From Nitrosomonas sp. (GTDB lineage Bacteria > Pseudomonadota > Gammaproteobacteria > Burkholderiales > Nitrosomonadaceae), in the NCBI GenBank assembly GCA_021774195.1, contig JAJFJJ010000049.1, positions 33,731-97,730 of the forward strand: a DNA stretch of 64,000 nucleotides, given 5' to 3'. Below are positions 59,875 to 64,000 of this stretch, one piece after another (the stretch's first letter is position 1; each line of letters starts with the position of its first letter). The translations under genes were made by a program, and so were the position numbers. The notes beneath the pieces are model-generated. The model worked only from the letters and a program-made list of their open reading frames with translations, made no database searches and was not told where the DNA came from.

Positions 59875-60330
59875 ATGAAAGAAGAAAAACAAAAAAGTCA
59901 TCGAAGACTAGCACGTGAATTGGTTGTGCAAGGTGTCTATCAATGGCGCACTGCCGGAGGAACGACAAGCAGTATTGGAGAACAGTTATCTGATTCTGAG
60001 AATTATGTGCTTTCAGACCGGAAATATTTAACCCAACTGTTTCAAGGTATTTTAGACAGTTCGGTAGATTTAGAGACTCAAATCCAACCTTGCCTTGATC
60101 GCCCACTTAAAGAGTTAAGCCCGGTCGAATACTCAATTTTGTTATTGAGTACCTATGAGTTAAAGAATCATTTGGATATTCCCTATAATGTGATTATTAA
60201 TGAAGCGATTGAGCTGGCCAAAACTTTTGGTGGAATGGGCGGCCACAAATATATCAATGGGGTGTTAGATAAGGTGGCTGCTACGCTTCGGGATAAAGAA
60301 TTTGCATTAAAGAATAAGATTAAGCATTAG
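59875..60330 (+). CDS. nusB: Transcription antitermination factor NusB
   Basis: RRLARELVVQGVYQW N-terminus and nusB-thiL-pgpA synteny. Confidence 0.93.
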   Translation: MKEEKQKSHRRLARELVVQGVYQWRTAGGTTSSIGEQLSDSENYVLSDRKYLTQLFQGILDSSVDLETQIQPCLDRPLKELSPVEYSILLLSTYELKNHLDIPYNVIINEAIELAKTFGGMGGHKYINGVLDKVAATLRDKEFALKNKIKH

Positions 60331-60345
60331 TGTGAGATAAAACCG

Positions 60346-61317
60346 GTGAACTCTGAATTCGATATTATTCGCCGCTATTTTAATAAACCGGTCTCGAACA
60401 CAATACTGGGAATCGGTGATGATGCGGCACTGATTGGATCAAGCAGGAAAACAGTATTGGCTATTTCTGCCGACACCTTGGTGGTCGATAAACATTTTTC
60501 TCCTGATGTGGACCCCTATAATCTCGGTTATAAATCTTTAGCAGTGAGTCTGTCCGATATGGCTGCAATGGGCGCAAAGCCTCGTTGGGTAATGCTTTCA
60601 TTAACCTTGCCAATTTCATTAGTGAAAGATGGTGAGCGTTGGTTAAGTGGTTTTAGCAAAGGATTTTTCGAGCTCGCAGAAAAATATCAGGTTGAGTTAA
60701 TTGGTGGTGATACGACGTCCGGTCCGCTTAATATTGGCGTGCAGATTATTGGTGAAGTAGTTGAGGGTCAAGCATTGCGACGGGATGGTGCGATGCTAAA
60801 TGATGAGATTTGGGTTTCCGGCCGGTTAGGAGATGCGGCTTTAGCGCTTTGTCATTTGAAAGAACAAATTTGTCTTCTGCCAGATGAAGTCGATCAATGC
60901 TTAGCCGCTTTAAATCAACCAATCGCTCGAGTTGAATTGGGTCAGCGGTTAATTGACTTGGCACATAGTACCATTGACATCTCTGATGGATTAATGGCTG
61001 ATTTAGGGCATATTTTGTCTGCATCAAATAAATCAGCAAAAATTTATTTAGCAGATGTACCTTGTTCTGAGCCGGTAAGTACACGCTTAGATCAAACACT
61101 CGCAGTGAGCTGCCTATTAGCAGGTGGGGATGATTATGAGCTTTGCTTCACCGCACCTTGTGCAAAACATCAAGAGATTGAGAATCTGTCAAATGAATTA
61201 TCATTACCTTTAAACTGCATCGGCAAAATTACAGATGGTAATGGCCTTATTGTGTATGATCGTGCGGGTAAAGAAATAACGTTGGAGAAAAAAGGGTATG
61301 ACCACTTCGGTTCCTGA
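60346..61317 (+). CDS. thiL: Thiamine-monophosphate kinase
   Basis: GTG start. EFDIIRRYF and GIGDDAALI motifs, and the GGDDYEL motif. Confidence 0.94.
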   Translation: MNSEFDIIRRYFNKPVSNTILGIGDDAALIGSSRKTVLAISADTLVVDKHFSPDVDPYNLGYKSLAVSLSDMAAMGAKPRWVMLSLTLPISLVKDGERWLSGFSKGFFELAEKYQVELIGGDTTSGPLNIGVQIIGEVVEGQALRRDGAMLNDEIWVSGRLGDAALALCHLKEQICLLPDEVDQCLAALNQPIARVELGQRLIDLAHSTIDISDGLMADLGHILSASNKSAKIYLADVPCSEPVSTRLDQTLAVSCLLAGGDDYELCFTAPCAKHQEIENLSNELSLPLNCIGKITDGNGLIVYDRAGKEITLEKKGYDHFGS

Positions 61318-61846
61318 TACTCAGGATACATCAGACACCAAATCAATTAAGCGTCAACCAGATAAAGCTTTTGTTTATAGCCACCCGGCTCACTTTATCG
61401 CGTTTTCTGGCGGAACCGGATTAAGTCCATTCGCGCCGGGCACAGTGGGAACATTAATTGCTTTCCCATTATATTGGGTATTGGATTACTATCTGGAACC
61501 CATACATTTGCTATTGCTGATTGACATCATGTTTATTGTCGGCATTTGGGCGTGTAGTGTTACTGGAAAGGCTTTGGGTGTGCCGGATCATGGCGGGATG
61601 GTGTGGGATGAAACAGTTGCCTTTTTATTGGTGCTGTTTTTTACGCCAGCTGGTTGGATGTGGCAAGTTGCGGCGTTTGCACTGTTTCGTTTTTTTGATA
61701 TTTTAAAACCACAACCGATTCGTTATTACGATAAAAACTTGCATGGTGGTTTTGGTGTCATGTTTGACGATATGTTGGCAGCGTTTTATACCTTGCTTTG
61801 TTTAGCGGGATGGAAAGCATTGGTTTTATTCGAAGGCTATTTTTAA
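61298..61846 (+). CDS. pgpA: Phosphatidylglycerophosphatase A
   Basis: GTVGTL ... FRFFDILKPQPI ... GFGVMFDD motifs. Overlaps the thiL 3' end. Confidence 0.92.
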   Translation: MTTSVPDTQDTSDTKSIKRQPDKAFVYSHPAHFIAFSGGTGLSPFAPGTVGTLIAFPLYWVLDYYLEPIHLLLLIDIMFIVGIWACSVTGKALGVPDHGGMVWDETVAFLLVLFFTPAGWMWQVAAFALFRFFDILKPQPIRYYDKNLHGGFGVMFDDMLAAFYTLLCLAGWKALVLFEGYF

Positions 61847-62379
61847 GGGCGATTAAAATTACTACTGTAGATCAGTCATTATTGAATTTAGCGAAACGCG
61901 TTGGGGAGTGTTTTAAACAGCGTGGTTTTATATTGGCAACTGCTGAGTCTTGTACTGGTGGTTGGTTAGCTCAAGAAATTACCGCAATTGCAGGAAGCTC
62001 TGAATGGTTTGAATGTGGTTTTGTGACGTACAGTAATCGTTCTAAATGTGAACTGCTTGGTGTTAATCCTGCGGTCTTGGAAGAAGATGGTGCCGTCTCA
62101 GAAAAAACGGCGCGTGAAATGGCCGCTGGGGCGCTTAAATTGAGTCAAGCATGGGTCAGTGTATCCATAACCGGCATTGCGGGCCCTAATGGCGGTTCTG
62201 AGGCTAAACCGGTGGGTACGGTATGTTTTGCGTGGGCATTAAAGGATGGCACATTAAAGTCTCAGACCTGTCATTTTAATGGCGATCGACGTGCGGTTCG
62301 GTGTCAATCGGTTCAAGTAGCGCTTCAGGGCCTGCTGAATTTTCTGGATGAGCAATCGAGTATAGTTTCTAATGGGTAA
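61798..62379 (+). CDS. pncC: CinA C-terminal domain protein / nicotinamide-nucleotide amidase PncC
   Basis: ILATAESCTGGWLAQEITAIAGSS motif. The true start is uncertain: it may be the TTG at 61882, because the 61798 ATG overlaps pgpA by 49 nt. Confidence 0.85.
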   Translation: MFSGMESIGFIRRLFLRAIKITTVDQSLLNLAKRVGECFKQRGFILATAESCTGGWLAQEITAIAGSSEWFECGFVTYSNRSKCELLGVNPAVLEEDGAVSEKTAREMAAGALKLSQAWVSVSITGIAGPNGGSEAKPVGTVCFAWALKDGTLKSQTCHFNGDRRAVRCQSVQVALQGLLNFLDEQSSIVSNG

Positions 62380-63529
62380 TATAAAATGGCTCGAGCAAGA
62401 CGAGCCGAGATCTGCTGTTTGGCGTTCGGAAAAAGGATTGCCGCCTCCAAAGCAAGTGTTGATAGCAGATGATAAGATGTCTGCTGATATTGCTTATCGT
62501 GCGGCTTGTGAAGGTAAGGCCTTGTTATGGCGTGGAGATTTTCAAAATGCTCGTCAATTACTGCAGGCAATAGCGCGACGAATCGATAAAAAACCGCGTA
62601 AACGTAAAGTTAAAAAAGAAGCTTGCACACCTGCTGAATCCTTTCATTTGTATCGACAGACCCAATCTCAACATGCGCGAATTTTGGGTATGCTGTTGAT
62701 AGCGGTCGAGTCAGATCATCATATTCCTTTAAGGCGTGCACCAGATGTGCGCCAAGCCTGCTCAGATGTTTTTGGGCCTGGAACCGAACCGTATGTTATT
62801 TCGCTACGCGAGTTGCAGGGGCTGATCGGTGCCTATGAATGGCGCAAGAATGGGGTTGAAGTGCCGGTGTTGGGTGCACGTATTTACCCGCATTACGGTG
62901 TATTTGCACCAATCCGCAGCGAATATGTCGGCTTGGTGGCACGGGCAAATTTGCCTCAGCAAGTTATGAAAGGTTCCGTGGTATTTGATATTGGAACAGG
63001 AACTGGTGTGTTGGCAGCCGTTTTAGCGAGTCGTGGTATTCAGCATGTGATTGCAACTGATCAGGATGAACGGGCATTAAACTGTGCCCGCGAGAATTTG
63101 ATGCGGTTGGGTTTTGCGGAACAGGTTAATGTGGTACAGGCGGACTTGTTTCCGTCAGGCCGGGCTGGTTTGATTGTTTGTAATCCGCCTTGGCTACCTG
63201 CTCGACCGAGTGCGCCAATTGAACGCGCCGTATTTGATCCGGATAATCAAATGTTATTTGGTTTTTTGAGGGGGTTAAAAGAACATTTGCTGCCTGATGG
63301 TGAAGGGTGGCTAATTTTGTCCGATTTGGCCGAACATTTAGGCTTGCGTACACGTGATGAATTGCTCGAGGTCATCAATGATGCAGGTTTGACGGTATTG
63401 GGAAAGTCTGATGTAAAACCGCATCATCCTCGTGTGTCCGATAGCGATGACTCCCTTCATGCCGCTCGCGCAGCGGAATTAACGTCACTATGGCGATTAG
63501 CTACGAAGCCGGTAAAGGCAGTGCCATAA
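62372..63529 (+). CDS. Class I SAM-dependent methyltransferase with NPPW motif and an N-terminal domain of unknown function
   Basis: Motif I VFDIGTGTGVLAAVLA and motif IV LIVCNPPWLP (the N6-adenine/N5-glutamine/m2G type). The stop codon lies in the terminus of MITE A copy 3. Confidence 0.8.
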   Translation: MGNIKWLEQDEPRSAVWRSEKGLPPPKQVLIADDKMSADIAYRAACEGKALLWRGDFQNARQLLQAIARRIDKKPRKRKVKKEACTPAESFHLYRQTQSQHARILGMLLIAVESDHHIPLRRAPDVRQACSDVFGPGTEPYVISLRELQGLIGAYEWRKNGVEVPVLGARIYPHYGVFAPIRSEYVGLVARANLPQQVMKGSVVFDIGTGTGVLAAVLASRGIQHVIATDQDERALNCARENLMRLGFAEQVNVVQADLFPSGRAGLIVCNPPWLPARPSAPIERAVFDPDNQMLFGFLRGLKEHLLPDGEGWLILSDLAEHLGLRTRDELLEVINDAGLTVLGKSDVKPHHPRVSDSDDSLHAARAAELTSLWRLATKPVKAVP

Positions 63530-63767
63530 ACCTAAATTCCTCAGTTGATCGCTACAAAAACAATCAACCTGATGAAATTGCGAATAATATTTTTAATATG
63601 ATAGACACCATTTTGGTGAGCCTCGCTATGATGTTTATAGCACGCTATTGTTTCATTTTTGCTGTGTTGCAATTCGTTGTGAACTCGTTATTACTCTTCA
63701 TTGCGCCTTGCCAAAAAGAAACAATATCGCACTCTAAACACCATCCAACTGAGGATTTTAGGATAAA
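63526..63767 (-). mobile_element. MITE-like repeat family A, copy 3 (242 bp, inverted)
   Basis: Reverse complement of copy 2 over its whole length, with ATAAA flanks on both sides. Fills the gap between two convergent genes. Confidence 0.85.
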
Positions 63768-63778
63768 AGACATGCAAA

Positions 63779-64000
63779 TTATAACTCGGTATATTTTTTC
63801 GCGATTCCCTTCGATTTCTCAATCGGGTATTTTTGTGCGTTCTTTTCGAGTTTATCAAATACAATTTGTTTGACATCTAAATCGTATTTCTCTGCCAATA
63901 GAATAGCGAACGTGAATACATCAGCAAGTTCTTCTTTCACTTGATTGATATTGGCATTTTCTGGAGACTTCCATAGGAAAACTTCGAGCAACTCTGCGGC
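63779..64000 (-). CDS. MazG-like nucleotide pyrophosphohydrolase (C-terminal part; gene runs off the right window edge)
   Basis: The EELADVFTFAILLAEKYDLD helix pair is typical of MazG-type all-alpha NTP pyrophosphatases. The frame is open to the window edge. Confidence 0.7.
   Translation of the reverse strand, partial: AAELLEVFLWKSPENANINQVKEELADVFTFAILLAEKYDLDVKQIVFDKLEKNAQKYPIEKSKGIAKKYTEL

Noticed and set aside
59789-60106. 105-aa minus-strand ORF upstream of and overlapping nusB
   Set aside because: It is antisense to the conserved NusB N-terminus, and no supporting features were seen.
63490-63876. 127-aa (+) and 61-aa (-) ORFs at the right end of the window
   Set aside because: Both are made almost entirely of MITE A copy 3 sequence. 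The equivalent regions in copies 1 and 2 are not open in a consistent frame.

Overview
A+T-rich proteobacterial chromosomal window (beta/gamma-like gene content; lineage not determinable by eye). It is mostly housekeeping and includes the replication-initiation locus dnaA-dnaN-gyrB.

Gene order, left to right:
- partial cspA-family gene, clpS-clpA, an orphan TRAP solute-binding protein, glyA, nrdR, ribD
- RegB/RegA-type two-component pair, CBS-domain ClC channel, class I-beta DAHP synthase, ispH, spermidine-synthase-like methyltransferase
- pcnB-folK-panB-panC, dnaA, dnaN, gyrB, typA, an ornithine-cyclodeaminase-family gene
- a minus-strand Wsp-like chemosensory cluster: cheW, cheR-TPR, ParC-like ATPase, ParP-like CheW, soluble triple-PAS MCP, CheA-REC hybrid, cheB, then an A+T-rich ATP-grasp gene
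- a 1184-aa GltD/NfnB-like plus PyrK/NfnA-like fusion oxidoreductase, followed by a 700-bp non-coding gap
- an assimilatory sulfate-reduction cluster: cysN, cysD, Fe-S type cysH, DUF934, cysI, a small ORF, tauE, and divergent cysB
- cytochromes c, trmJ, yaaA, a cupredoxin-DUF411-cytochrome c copper module, ttcA
- an accessory islet, then nusB-thiL-pgpA-pncC, a methyltransferase and a partial MazG-like gene

The main candidate for something undescribed is the islet at about 55.3-59.7 kb. It holds a KAP-family P-loop NTPase with transmembrane helices inserted in the NTPase domain and an unusual Ala/Thr/Tyr-rich N-terminal module. Next to it is a 420-aa extremely acidic orphan protein whose start and stop codons lie in the termini of two different MITE-like repeats.

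Two MITE-like repeat families (A: 3 copies; B: 1 full copy, 1 internally deleted copy, 1 solo end) and a third nested inverted-repeat element are visible directly in the DNA. No rRNA, tRNA or CRISPR array was recognised.
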